Counted from the first letter of the stretch, positions 1 through 7,856 are shown. The stretch: DNA of 12,928 nt from an uncultured bacterium (GCA_903830565.1 CAIKUF010000338.1:1-12928), one strand, 5' to 3'. Numbers and translations are program-made. Notes: a model not told the origin generated them from the letters alone.

Positions 1-50
1 ACCTTGGCCTTGAAGATCGCCGAGTGATTGCGGCGGGGTCTCTTGCTCAT
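1..50 (-). CDS. Possible 5' end of a transposase OrfA (helix-turn-helix, IS3/IS66-like N-terminus); gene runs off the left edge of the window
   Basis: Minus-strand ATG at 50..48 preceded by GAAGGA (5 nt spacer). Reads MSKRPRRNHSAIFKAKV..., which matches the very common transposase OrfA opening 'M..R.RR.HS.EFKAKV'. Only 17 codons are visible. Confidence 0.3.
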   Translation of the reverse strand, partial: MSKRPRRNHSAIFKAK

Positions 51-200
51 GGTCCTTCTGCTTTCCCGGGCCTCAGGCCCGTGCTGGTGTCGCAGAGTCT
101 CCACTTATCGCAGTGTTCAGTTTTGCGCTGCCACCTCTGTAGGGTGAAGCGGACCCTCCCTGCCGGCACCTACAAGTTCTGGAACTTCGAGCGCATCGCA

Positions 201-626
201 CTAGCTGACGCCCCATGGATTTGTGAGCGTCAGGCCGCAGCCTTCGAAATCAGACACGTTGCGTGTGGCCAGGCCCAACCGGTGACTCAGGGCGATCGCG
301 GCGATCTGGCCGTCGAACTGCGAGATGGGCCTGCCCGCGCGGCGGCGGGCCGCCACGACGGCGGCATACGCACCCGCGCAGCCTGAGTCGAACGGCAGGA
401 TTCGGCCTGCGAAGTCTTCGCCGAACATCGCTTCCAGCGCCTGCTCCAACTGCTGGCGCCGCTTGCCGGCGGGGAACAGGCCAGCACCGAGCATGATCTC
501 GGCCCGCGTCACCGCGCTCACGAACAGGCCCGCCACCGGCTGCGAGGCAACCCAAGCGAGCACAGCCGGATCGGGCTGCGCGCGCAGGAGTTCCGAGAGC
601 ACATTCGTGTCGAGCAGGATGCTCAT
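201..626 (-). CDS. vapC: Type II toxin VapC (PIN-domain ribonuclease)
   Basis: 141-aa ORF MSILLDTNVLSELLR... with the PIN acidic quartet intact (D6 in LLDTNV, E in TRAEI, D in SQFDGQIAA, D in NVSDFEG). Start overlaps the upstream antitoxin stop as ATGA (623-626). Confidence 0.85.
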   Translation of the reverse strand: MSILLDTNVLSELLRAQPDPAVLAWVASQPVAGLFVSAVTRAEIMLGAGLFPAGKRRQQLEQALEAMFGEDFAGRILPFDSGCAGAYAAVVAARRRAGRPISQFDGQIAAIALSHRLGLATRNVSDFEGCGLTLTNPWGVS

Positions 627-850
627 GCGCGCCGCGGTGGTCGCGCCCTGCCCTTGGCAGGCGTGCTGCGGACGGCCTTCGGCGCTCCGTCGAAGACGGG
701 CGGGGATCGCCCCGGTTCACGCTCGGGCACGCTCAGCTTCACATCGCCCAGGCCGACGAACCGGGCCCGGATTCGAGAGGCCAAGTCCAGCGCGGCTGCA
801 GGCGCCTCGCGCAGCGCGGCGCGCAGGATCTGCCGCGCCTCTTCTTCCAT
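623..850 (-). CDS. vapB: VapB/FitA-type (ribbon-helix-helix family) antitoxin, apparently N-terminally truncated (75 aa)
   Basis: MEEEARQILRAALREAPAAALDLASRIRARF... matches the helix-2 and toxin-binding tail of FitA/VapB RHH antitoxins (canonical '...HGRSMEEEARDILR...'). No in-frame start exists upstream of ATG 850 before the iorB stop at 885. The expected N-terminal beta-strand plus helix-1 ('ITIRNL...RLRVRAA') is absent or shifted into another frame. No clear SD. Confidence 0.55.
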   Translation of the reverse strand: MEEEARQILRAALREAPAAALDLASRIRARFVGLGDVKLSVPEREPGRSPPVFDGAPKAVRSTPAKGRARPPRRA

Positions 851-884
851 CGAACGGGTGCGGCTGCGCGGCCAAGGCCGGCGC

Positions 885-1466
885 TCAACCCGCCAGCTTG
901 CGCCCGGAGTCGAATGCGCGGCCGTTGGCGTCGGCGAGCGCGGCGCTCTTGCCGAAGCGGCGCAGTACTTCGGCGCGCAACACATCGGCGGCGAAAGGCA
1001 GGCTGCCGGAGGCGGCGCCGAGCATGACGCTGTTGGCCAGGCGCACGTCGCCGAGTTCGGCCGCGACGGCGCGCGCATCGAGTTCGACCACGTCGACGCC
1101 GGCCGCGCGCATCTCCGCCGCGGGCGCCTTCGGGTAGTCGAAGTGCCCGCTGGAAACGATGGGCGGCACGGCGCGCCACGAATCGACGAACGCGCGACCC
1201 TTCGGCGCGAGGTAGTGGCTCCAGCGCAGGCCCTCGGCCGATTCGAAGGCGAGCAGCAGCGTCGCCTGCCCGACGGCGATCTCCGTCGCCTCGATGCGCT
1301 GGGCGATGCGCACGTGCGAGCAGACGACGCCGCCGCGCTGCGACATGCCGGCGACCTCGGTCTTGGTCGCTTCCAAGCCCGCCGCCAGCGCCGCGCGGGC
1401 GAGGGTCTCGGCGGCCGTCATCACGCCCTGGCCACCGATGCCGACGACGAGAATGTCGGTCTTCAT
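885..1466 (-). CDS. iorB: Indolepyruvate / 2-oxoacid:ferredoxin oxidoreductase subunit beta
   Basis: MKTDILVVGIGGQGVMTAAETLARAAL... (Rossmann-like GxGGQG of the Ior beta / PFOR gamma family). ATG at 1466..1464 overlaps the iorA stop (ATGA). The longer ORF from 1505 would overlap iorA by 43 bp. Confidence 0.85.
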   Translation of the reverse strand: MKTDILVVGIGGQGVMTAAETLARAALAAGLEATKTEVAGMSQRGGVVCSHVRIAQRIEATEIAVGQATLLLAFESAEGLRWSHYLAPKGRAFVDSWRAVPPIVSSGHFDYPKAPAAEMRAAGVDVVELDARAVAAELGDVRLANSVMLGAASGSLPFAADVLRAEVLRRFGKSAALADANGRAFDSGRKLAG

Positions 1467-3307
1467 GCAGCGACGATCGCGCCGCGCGAGCAGACCTTCG
1501 CGCACAGTTGGCAGCCCGTGCAGGCCGCGGCGTCGATGGTCGTCCAGGCGAGGTCCACAACCTTGCCGCCGGCGCGCGTTTGCTGCTCACGGCGCGTGAC
1601 CGTGACGGCAGGGCAGCCGACTTCGAGGCAGCGCGCGCAGCCGTTGCAATCCTCATCGACGACCTTGAGCGGCGCGCGACGCTCGAACTCGGGCGTGAAC
1701 ACGCACGGGCCGGTGGCGATGATCACCGACGGCTCGCGCACCTTCATCTCTTCGCGCAGCACCTTGAGGAAGGTCGGCAGCTCGTAGGGGTCCGCCATGC
1801 GGATGCGCTCGGGCTTGACGCCCAGGGCCTGGACCAGGCGCGCGAAGTCGATCCGCGGCGCGATCGTGCCATCCATTCGGTGGCCGTTGCCTGGGTTGTT
1901 CTGGCCGCCCGTCATCGCGGTCGATCGGTTGTCGAGCAGCAGCACCGTCACATTGCCGCCTTGGTAGGTGATGTTGGCCAGCGCCGGCATTCCGGAGTGC
2001 AGGAAGGTCGAGTCGCCGATCACCGCGAGCACCGCCTTCGCATTCGCGTCGCCTTCCTGCGCCTTGGCCATGCCGTGGGCGACGCCGAGCGACGCGCCCA
2101 TCGCGATGCACATGTCCATCGCGTCCCACGGCGAGCCGCAGCCCAGCGTGTAGCAGCCGATGTCGCCGCAGATGATGGTTTCCTTCAACTGCCCGAGCCA
2201 GAAGTAGACGCCGGTGTAGGAGCACCCAGCGCACAGCGTCGGCGGGCGCGGGAACACGCTCGCAGCGCGCTGCGAGGCGCGGTTGTGCGAGGCATCGTCG
2301 GCGAGGCGCGCAACCGCCTGCTCCAGCACCGTGACGGTGATCTCGCCCCCGCGCGGCAAGACGCCCTTGCCGTGGACTGTGAGGCCCGCGGCGCGCAATT
2401 CGTTCTCGACGATGGGGTCGACTTCCTCGACAACGAGCACCTTGTCCACGCTCGCGGCGAGTTGCTTCGCGAGGCCGAGCGGCAACGGGTGCGACAGGCC
2501 GAGCTTGACGATGGGCGCCTGCGGGCAGGCCTCGCGCACGACGTGGTACGCGGGCCCGGAAACGATAAAGCCGATGCGGCGGTCGGCGCCGGGCTCAAGC
2601 CGATTCCATGGCGAAGACTCGGCTTCGAGTGCCAGCGCGGCGTCGCGCTCTGCGCGCAGCTCCAGCCGCTTGGCGACGTGGTTGGGCGTCGTGATCCAGC
2701 GCGGTGCGTCCTTCACGTAGCCATGCTGCCCGGCGTCGGGCGCTTGCTGCGCCGAGGTTTGCGTCATGCGCTTGACATGCGAGACGCGCGTCGTCAGGCG
2801 CACAAGCACCGGCACCTCGAAACGCTCCGAGAGCGCGAACGCGTCGCGGGTCATCGCATAGGCCTCGTTCGCATCGGAAGGCTCGAGCACCGGCAGATGA
2901 ACGAAGCGGCCCCAGAAGCGCGAGTCCTGCTCGTTCTGCGACGAAGAGAAACCGACGTCGTCCGACACCGCGATCACGAGCCCCGCCTTGGCGCCGACCT
3001 GCCCGAGCGTCATCAGCGAATCGGAGGCAACGTTCATCCCCACGTGCTTCATCGCCGTGATCGCGCGCCGCCCTGTCATCGACGCGCCGAGCGCCACTTC
3101 GAGCGCGACCTTCTCGTTCGTCGACCACTCGGCATAGATGCCGGGAAACGTGGCGAGTGTCTCGACGATCTCGGTCGACGGCGTACCGGGGTAGGCGGCT
3201 GCGATCTCGACGCCCGCGTCGAGCGCGCCGCGGGCGACGGCCTCGTTGCCGGAGAGAAACGCGCGCGCGGTCGCGGTCGCGATGGCAGGCTGGAGCACAG
3301 CACTCAT
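1463..3307 (-). CDS. iorA: Indolepyruvate:ferredoxin oxidoreductase subunit alpha (TPP-dependent, two C-terminal 4Fe-4S motifs)
   Basis: 614 aa with N-terminus MSAVLQPAI...LSGNEAVARGALDAGVEIAAAYPGTPSTEIVE typical of IorA. TPP-binding GDSTFLHSG. C-terminal CNGCARCLEVGCP / CTGCQLCAKVC ferredoxin motifs. GGAG 8 nt upstream of the ATG. Confidence 0.9.
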   Translation of the reverse strand: MSAVLQPAIATATARAFLSGNEAVARGALDAGVEIAAAYPGTPSTEIVETLATFPGIYAEWSTNEKVALEVALGASMTGRRAITAMKHVGMNVASDSLMTLGQVGAKAGLVIAVSDDVGFSSSQNEQDSRFWGRFVHLPVLEPSDANEAYAMTRDAFALSERFEVPVLVRLTTRVSHVKRMTQTSAQQAPDAGQHGYVKDAPRWITTPNHVAKRLELRAERDAALALEAESSPWNRLEPGADRRIGFIVSGPAYHVVREACPQAPIVKLGLSHPLPLGLAKQLAASVDKVLVVEEVDPIVENELRAAGLTVHGKGVLPRGGEITVTVLEQAVARLADDASHNRASQRAASVFPRPPTLCAGCSYTGVYFWLGQLKETIICGDIGCYTLGCGSPWDAMDMCIAMGASLGVAHGMAKAQEGDANAKAVLAVIGDSTFLHSGMPALANITYQGGNVTVLLLDNRSTAMTGGQNNPGNGHRMDGTIAPRIDFARLVQALGVKPERIRMADPYELPTFLKVLREEMKVREPSVIIATGPCVFTPEFERRAPLKVVDEDCNGCARCLEVGCPAVTVTRREQQTRAGGKVVDLAWTTIDAAACTGCQLCAKVCSRGAIVAA

Positions 3308-3351
3308 GACGTCGACTCCTGTTCAGGCCACGCTCGGCCCAAAGGTCATTC

Positions 3352-3396
3352 GGCAACGCTGAACAAGTCCCTCGCGGAGATTCATTCAGTGTTGCC
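3352..3396. promoter_or_regulatory. 12-bp inverted repeat GGCAACGCTGAA-N21-TTCAGTGTTGCC in the iorA leader (candidate operator)
   Basis: 11/12 complementary arms at 3352-3363 and 3385-3396, lying 45-90 nt upstream of the iorA start codon. Confidence 0.3.
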
Positions 3397-3399
3397 CTA

Positions 3400-3438
3400 G
3401 CGAGGTTGTCTCACACCTTGCGGCGTTTGCAACCTCGC
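3400..3438 (-). terminator. Inverted repeat GCGAGGTTG-N21-CAACCTCGC 9 nt after the flotillin stop (candidate terminator or second operator)
   Basis: 9-bp perfect arms. No U-tract, so as an intrinsic terminator it is weak. Same 21-nt spacer as the neighbouring repeat, and it shares a GTTGCC/GCAACC core with it. Confidence 0.2.
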
Positions 3439-3446
3439 CATTACCC

Positions 3447-5531
3447 TCAGTTCGCGGGAGAGCCCGGGTTCGCTATCGGCGCAGCGGCGACGGAATCCGC
3501 CGCGCCGCGCGCATAGTGGTCCTTCACCAGCCCGGCCAGCAGCACATCGACGAGCGTGCCGCCGCTGCCTGCCGTCCCGCCGCCGTTGACGAGCACGTCG
3601 GGCACCAGGCGCACGCCGGCGCCGGCCAGGGCCTGCGCGACCTGCACGACGGCGTAGTTGCCGGACTCCATTGAGTCGATCTTCTGCTTGATCACTGCCG
3701 CCTCAGCCTGGCCCACCGCCAGCGTCTTGCCGGCCTCGGCCTGGCCGGTGACGCGGATCACTTCGGCGTCGGCGTTGGCGTTGATCTTCTTCGCCTGCGC
3801 GGCGCCGTCGGCGGTCTTCACCGCGGCCTGGGCCGAAAACTCGGCGATCGCGACCTTGCGCTCGGCGTCCACCACCTGCGCCTGCGTCTTGGCCAGCGCG
3901 GTCGCCTGTTCGAGCTTTTGCTTGACGCCCTGCGCTTCCATCTGCGTGCTGAAGGTGACCTTCTCTTGCTCGGCGAGCTTGCGGTCGGTCAGCGTCTTCA
4001 TCAGGTCGGCCGGCGGGTTGATGTCGCCGATCAGCGTTTCCACGGCGCCGACGTCGTAGTCCTTGAGCGCACGGCCGATCGCCTCCTTGGCCTCGGCCTG
4101 ACGCTCGGTGCGCTTCTTCAGGAAGTCGATCACGTCCGAGTTCTGCGCCGCGTTGCGAAAGTAGTTGCCTATCGTCGGCTCGAGCACCTGCGTGACCAGC
4201 GCTTCCATGCTGCCGAAGCGGGCGATGACCTTGGGCGCGTCGTTGCGCGGGATGTGGATGATCTGGCTCACGTCGAGGTTGAAGGTGAAGCCGTCGGCCG
4301 AGCGCACGGTGATCGTCGACAGGTTGGCGTCGAGCTTGTGCGCCTCGGTCTTGCCGGTGGCCCAGTTCAGCACCACGTTGGCGGTCGGCACGACGCGCAC
4401 CTTGTGGGTGTAGGTGTTGATGGCGTACTTGCCCGGGTCCAGCACATCGACCCAGACGCCTTTCTCGCCGCGACGAACCATGTTCGCGTGCTTGAACTCG
4501 GCGCCGGTCACGTCGTCACCCGGCTTGCCGACGAAGGCCACCACGACGCCCACCGAAGCGATGGGCACCTCGGTCATGTCGATGATCTCGACCGTCGCGA
4601 ACATCGGGTTGACGAAGTAGCGCCCGGCCAGCAGCACCTGCTCCTGCAGGCCCTTGGTGCCGCCGCGGTCGACGAAGGCCTGCGGGTCCTGGAACAGGTT
4701 GTGCCCCGGCACTTCGGCGCCAGCGATCTCGCCGGTCTTGAGCGACGCGCCTTCGCGCGTGGTGACGATGCCGACCTTGTTGTCCGGCACGTCGAGCACG
4801 TTCGCGAGCGTGACCTTGAACAGGCGCGGGTTGATGCGATAGCGGCCCTGCGGAACGATGCTCATCTGCGGCCCGCGTTCGCCGCCATGGGCCATGAAGG
4901 CCTGCGCGGCCTGGAACGAATCGCACGCGACCTGCTTGCCGATGATGCGGCCACCCGAAAGCGGCGCGCCGTCGCGCGCTTCCACGATGCCGATCTTGCC
5001 CGGGTCGACCTCGGTCATCGGCTCCATTTGCACCGTGAAGAGCAAGGTGTTGATGCGCCACGCACCCGGCGGGACGACAGACATCTGCACGCCGCGCTGG
5101 CCGCCGCTGGCGAGGAAGGCGCGCGCGTCCTGGAAGTTGTCGCAATCGACATGCCGCGCGATCACGCGCCCATCGGGCAGCGGCTCGCCGTCGCAGGCCT
5201 CGATGACCGCGATCTGGCCATCGGGAACGAAGGTGAACTTCACCAACTCGACGGTGTACTGCCAGGGCCAGAGAAAGAAATGCAGGCCGGGCGCCAGCGT
5301 GTCGGCCTGCAGACCGGCCTCGCCGAGCATGGCGACGATGCGGCCCGGGGGCAGCTCGCGGTGCGAGCCGAAGAGCACGAACTTCTTGGTGACGGTGCCG
5401 ATGGAATCGTCCGGCACGATGACGATGCCGAACAGGCGGAAGGTCCACTTGTACAGCAGCACGAAGGCGACGACGGCGACGAGCACGAACAGCGCCGTCG
5501 AGTGATCGAAGAGAAAGTCAGTGACGCTCAT
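3447..5531 (-). CDS. Flotillin-family / SPFH (band 7) domain membrane protein with tandem N-terminal repeats
   Basis: 694 aa with an N-terminal TM helix (ALFVLVAVVAFVLLY). Three ~73-aa repeats (PDGQIAVIEACDG... / DPGKIGIVEARDG... / PDNKVGIVTTREG...) followed by an SPFH core, then an Ala/Gln/Glu/Lys-rich coiled-coil 'flotillin' tail and a Gly-rich C-terminus. AAGG 8 nt upstream of the start. Confidence 0.85.
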   Translation of the reverse strand: MSVTDFLFDHSTALFVLVAVVAFVLLYKWTFRLFGIVIVPDDSIGTVTKKFVLFGSHRELPPGRIVAMLGEAGLQADTLAPGLHFFLWPWQYTVELVKFTFVPDGQIAVIEACDGEPLPDGRVIARHVDCDNFQDARAFLASGGQRGVQMSVVPPGAWRINTLLFTVQMEPMTEVDPGKIGIVEARDGAPLSGGRIIGKQVACDSFQAAQAFMAHGGERGPQMSIVPQGRYRINPRLFKVTLANVLDVPDNKVGIVTTREGASLKTGEIAGAEVPGHNLFQDPQAFVDRGGTKGLQEQVLLAGRYFVNPMFATVEIIDMTEVPIASVGVVVAFVGKPGDDVTGAEFKHANMVRRGEKGVWVDVLDPGKYAINTYTHKVRVVPTANVVLNWATGKTEAHKLDANLSTITVRSADGFTFNLDVSQIIHIPRNDAPKVIARFGSMEALVTQVLEPTIGNYFRNAAQNSDVIDFLKKRTERQAEAKEAIGRALKDYDVGAVETLIGDINPPADLMKTLTDRKLAEQEKVTFSTQMEAQGVKQKLEQATALAKTQAQVVDAERKVAIAEFSAQAAVKTADGAAQAKKINANADAEVIRVTGQAEAGKTLAVGQAEAAVIKQKIDSMESGNYAVVQVAQALAGAGVRLVPDVLVNGGGTAGSGGTLVDVLLAGLVKDHYARGAADSVAAAPIANPGSPAN
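4568..5228 (-). repeat. Three tandem ~220-bp direct repeats inside the flotillin CDS (coordinates approximate)
   Basis: Protein-level triplication. The same repeated peptide strings are visible in the antisense frame of ORF 4858..5505 (MKACAAWNESHATCLPMMRPPESGAPSRASTMPILPGS / RKARASWKLSQSTCRAITRPSGSGSPSQASMTAIWPSG). Confidence 0.7.
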
Positions 5532-5827
5532 GGGGAACCTTTCGGTGACCGAAACGAACTCTCAGTGTGCACTCGCTGGCATCAGCGCCGCATAAGTTTC
5601 TCTGCAGCGAGCCGCCCGATGGAGGGCAAGTCCGAGAACTTCGGTGGCCCATCGCAGTGGGGCGCACAAGCGGCGCGCGCCAACCTTCCCGCGCACGCTC
5701 GCGCCCTCTCGACGGCACAGTACAGTCGCCGACAGCAGTGCATCCCCGCCTGGCTCGCGCGCCCGCGCCAGGCGCGCCCGACGTACGTTGACGGGCTGCG
5801 CATCTGCCGCCATCGCGAAGGGACCCC

Positions 5828-7075
5828 ATGCTCGAAGTCGCCGCTGTCTGCCTCGTCATCACCGCACTGCTGTCCTACCTCAACCATCGCTACATCGGCC
5901 TGCCCTCGGCGATCGGGATGATGGCCGCCGCGCTGACGCTTTCGCTGGCCCTGGTCTGGCTGGACACCGCCGGCATCAAGCCCGGCCTGCGCCAGTACGA
6001 GGAAACACTGCTGCGCTCGATCGACTTCTCGAACGCGCTGATGCAGGGCATGTTGTCGTTCCTGCTCTTTGCCGGCGCGCTGCACGTCGACCTCAAGCAG
6101 CTCAAGATCTATCGCTGGCCGGTGGCGGCACTGGCCGTGCTGGGCACCACGCTGTCGACGCTCGCCGTCGGCTACGGGATGTGGTTCGCGCTGCCGCTGC
6201 TGGGCCTGCATCTGCCCTTGATCTACTGCCTGCTGTTCGGAGCGCTGATCTCGCCGACCGACCCGATCGCCGTGATGGGCATCCTCAAGTCGGCCCACGC
6301 ACCGAAGGAGCTCGAGCTCGTGATCGCCGGCGAATCGCTCTTCAACGACGGCGTCGGCGTGGTGATCTTCTCGCTGCTACTGGGCATGCTGGCCAGCGGC
6401 GTCGCGCCGACGACGAATCAGGCGCTGCAACTGCTGGTCCATGAAGCCGGCGGCGGCGTGCTGTTCGGCCTGCTGCTCGGCTACGTCACCTTTCGTCTGT
6501 TGAGGAGCGTCGACAACTACCAGGTCGAGGTGATGCTGACGCTGGCGGCCGTGACAGGCGGCTACATGCTCGCGACCAAGCTGCACGTGTCGGGGCCGCT
6601 CGCGATGGTCGTCGTCGGTCTGATCGTCGGCAACCAGGGCCGCGCCCTGGCGATGTCGGACACCACGCGCAAGTATCTCGACATGTTCTGGGAGTTGCTC
6701 GACCAGATCCTCAATGCCGTGCTCTTCGTGCTGATGGGCATGGAGGTTCTGCTGGTCACCTTCACGCTCAGCGAACTCGTGGCCACGGTTCTCGCGGTTG
6801 GCGTGACCTTGCTCGCGCGCGCGGCCATCGTCGGCCTGCCGGCGGCGGTGCTGCCGCGGGCATTCAACCTGCCGCGCGGATCGTGGAAGGTGCTGACCTG
6901 GGGCGGGCTGCGCGGAGGCATCTCGGTCGCGCTGGCGCTCTCGCTGCCCGCCGGTGCGGAGCGCGACACCGTGGTCGCGCTGACCTACGGTGTCGTCGTC
7001 TTCTCGATCTTCGCGCAGGGGCTGTCGATCGGCTACGTCACGCGCAAGTCGGTTGGCGGGCCTGCGCAAACGTAG
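5828..7075 (+). CDS. nhaP: NhaP-type (CPA1 family) Na+(K+)/H+ antiporter
   Basis: 415-aa polytopic protein. Family hallmarks LISPTDPIAVMGILK, ESLFNDGVGVVIFS and TWGGLRGGISVALALSLP. AGGGA 5 nt upstream of the ATG. Confidence 0.85.
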   Translation: MLEVAAVCLVITALLSYLNHRYIGLPSAIGMMAAALTLSLALVWLDTAGIKPGLRQYEETLLRSIDFSNALMQGMLSFLLFAGALHVDLKQLKIYRWPVAALAVLGTTLSTLAVGYGMWFALPLLGLHLPLIYCLLFGALISPTDPIAVMGILKSAHAPKELELVIAGESLFNDGVGVVIFSLLLGMLASGVAPTTNQALQLLVHEAGGGVLFGLLLGYVTFRLLRSVDNYQVEVMLTLAAVTGGYMLATKLHVSGPLAMVVVGLIVGNQGRALAMSDTTRKYLDMFWELLDQILNAVLFVLMGMEVLLVTFTLSELVATVLAVGVTLLARAAIVGLPAAVLPRAFNLPRGSWKVLTWGGLRGGISVALALSLPAGAERDTVVALTYGVVVFSIFAQGLSIGYVTRKSVGGPAQT

Positions 7076-7186
7076 GGCGCCGAATTAGTTGCTCTGGCGC
7101 GTAAGCGCCGACAAGGACTTAGAACTTATCCGCAAATCGCAAACTATCTGCCCGAGCCGCATTGATCGCGGCGTTGGCGTTGGGAT

Positions 7187-7738
7187 ATGCCAGCAAAGCG
7201 AGCTGATTCCTGGGTGGTGACGGATGAGTTCTGGGCGCGGGTCCAACCGCTGGTCCCAGAGGTCAAGCGCGCGACGCGCACGCAGTACGTTCGCAAGCCC
7301 CGGGCGGGTCGACCGCCCAAACCGGCCAGGCAGGTGTTTGAGGCGGCGGTGTACGTGTTGCGCACGGGATGCCAGTGCAAGGCACTGCCCAACGAGCGGT
7401 TCGGCAGTGCGAGCACCGTGCACAAGCGGTTTTTGCAATGGGAGGAGGCCGGCTTCTTTGAGGCGCTGTGGAATGCCGGCCCAGCTGGCCGAGTACGACC
7501 AGATGCAGGGCATTGCCTGGCGCTGGCAGAGCACGGACGGGGCGATGTTCAAGGCATCGATGGCACTCCAAGCCGTCGGGCCCAACCCGACGGATCGGGG
7601 GAAAAATGGGGGCAAGCGGCACCTGCTGGTGGACGGGCTCGTTCCCGGTGCTTCCCGCTTGGTCTCAAGTCGTTGATCGAGCATTCCGAGCGCATTGATG
7701 CGGTTCCAGGTTCTCAAGCGGTCCTGCGATTTGTGTAG
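7187..7738 (+). pseudogene. IS5-family (IS427/IS1031-group-like) transposase remnant, frameshifted and truncated
   Basis: Frame 2 reads VTDEFWARVQPLVP...RAGRPPKPARQVFEAAVYVLRTGCQCKALPNERFGSASTVHKRFLQWEEAGFFEALW (OrfA-like). It continues only after a +1 shift into frame 0, as LAEYDQMQGIAWRWQSTDGAMFKA...VGPNPTDRGKNGGKRHLLVDGLVPG. That matches the start of the DDE domain ('IDGS..RA..GPSPVDRG.KGSKHHL..D..GIPLA') and stops at 7676. The rest of the DDE domain is missing. A possible C-terminal tail lies in frame 2 (LKSLIEHSERID...). Confidence 0.75.
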
Positions 7739-7856
7739 CTTTCGCGGCCGGATTGCACAGGAACTACACGCACTCCAGTGATCTCGGCTAGCGCAGAGGA
7801 TCTGTGGGAATCGACGCTTGACCATCGTCTGCGCCCACCATCTTGGCAATGCAGCC

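Noticed and set aside
24-386. 120-aa plus-strand ORF at the left end
   Set aside because: Overlaps vapC on the opposite strand. Arg/Ala-rich, low-complexity composition typical of high-GC antisense frames. No RBS or recognisable motif.
739-1656. 305-aa minus-strand ORF spanning vapB/iorB
   Set aside because: Out-of-frame read-through across two real genes. Arg-rich artefact. Only its short 'LGRAAAPVR' stretch was used as a hint for a shifted antitoxin N-terminus.
1508-3400. 630-aa plus-strand ORF
   Set aside because: Antisense to the well-supported iorA. Arg/Ala/Gly/Asp-rich with no domain signatures, so a high-GC artefact.
3918-5921. 667-aa plus-strand ORF and the nested 4516..5448 minus ORF
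   Set aside because: They overlap the flotillin CDS in other frames. They show the repeats only because the underlying DNA is repeated. No independent coding evidence.
7076-7110. GGCGC...GCGCC hairpin after the nhaP stop as an intrinsic terminator
   Set aside because: Short 5-bp stem with a ~20-nt loop and no following T-tract.
7128-7145. CGCAAAT-CGCAAAC short tandem after the nhaP stop
   Set aside because: Only two imperfect 7-bp units. Too short to distinguish from chance. Possibly part of a decayed IS end but unsupported.
7085-7849. 254-aa minus-strand ORF over the IS remnant
   Set aside because: Lies antisense to the recognisable transposase fragments. No motifs. Would require a start inside the hsdR 3' end.
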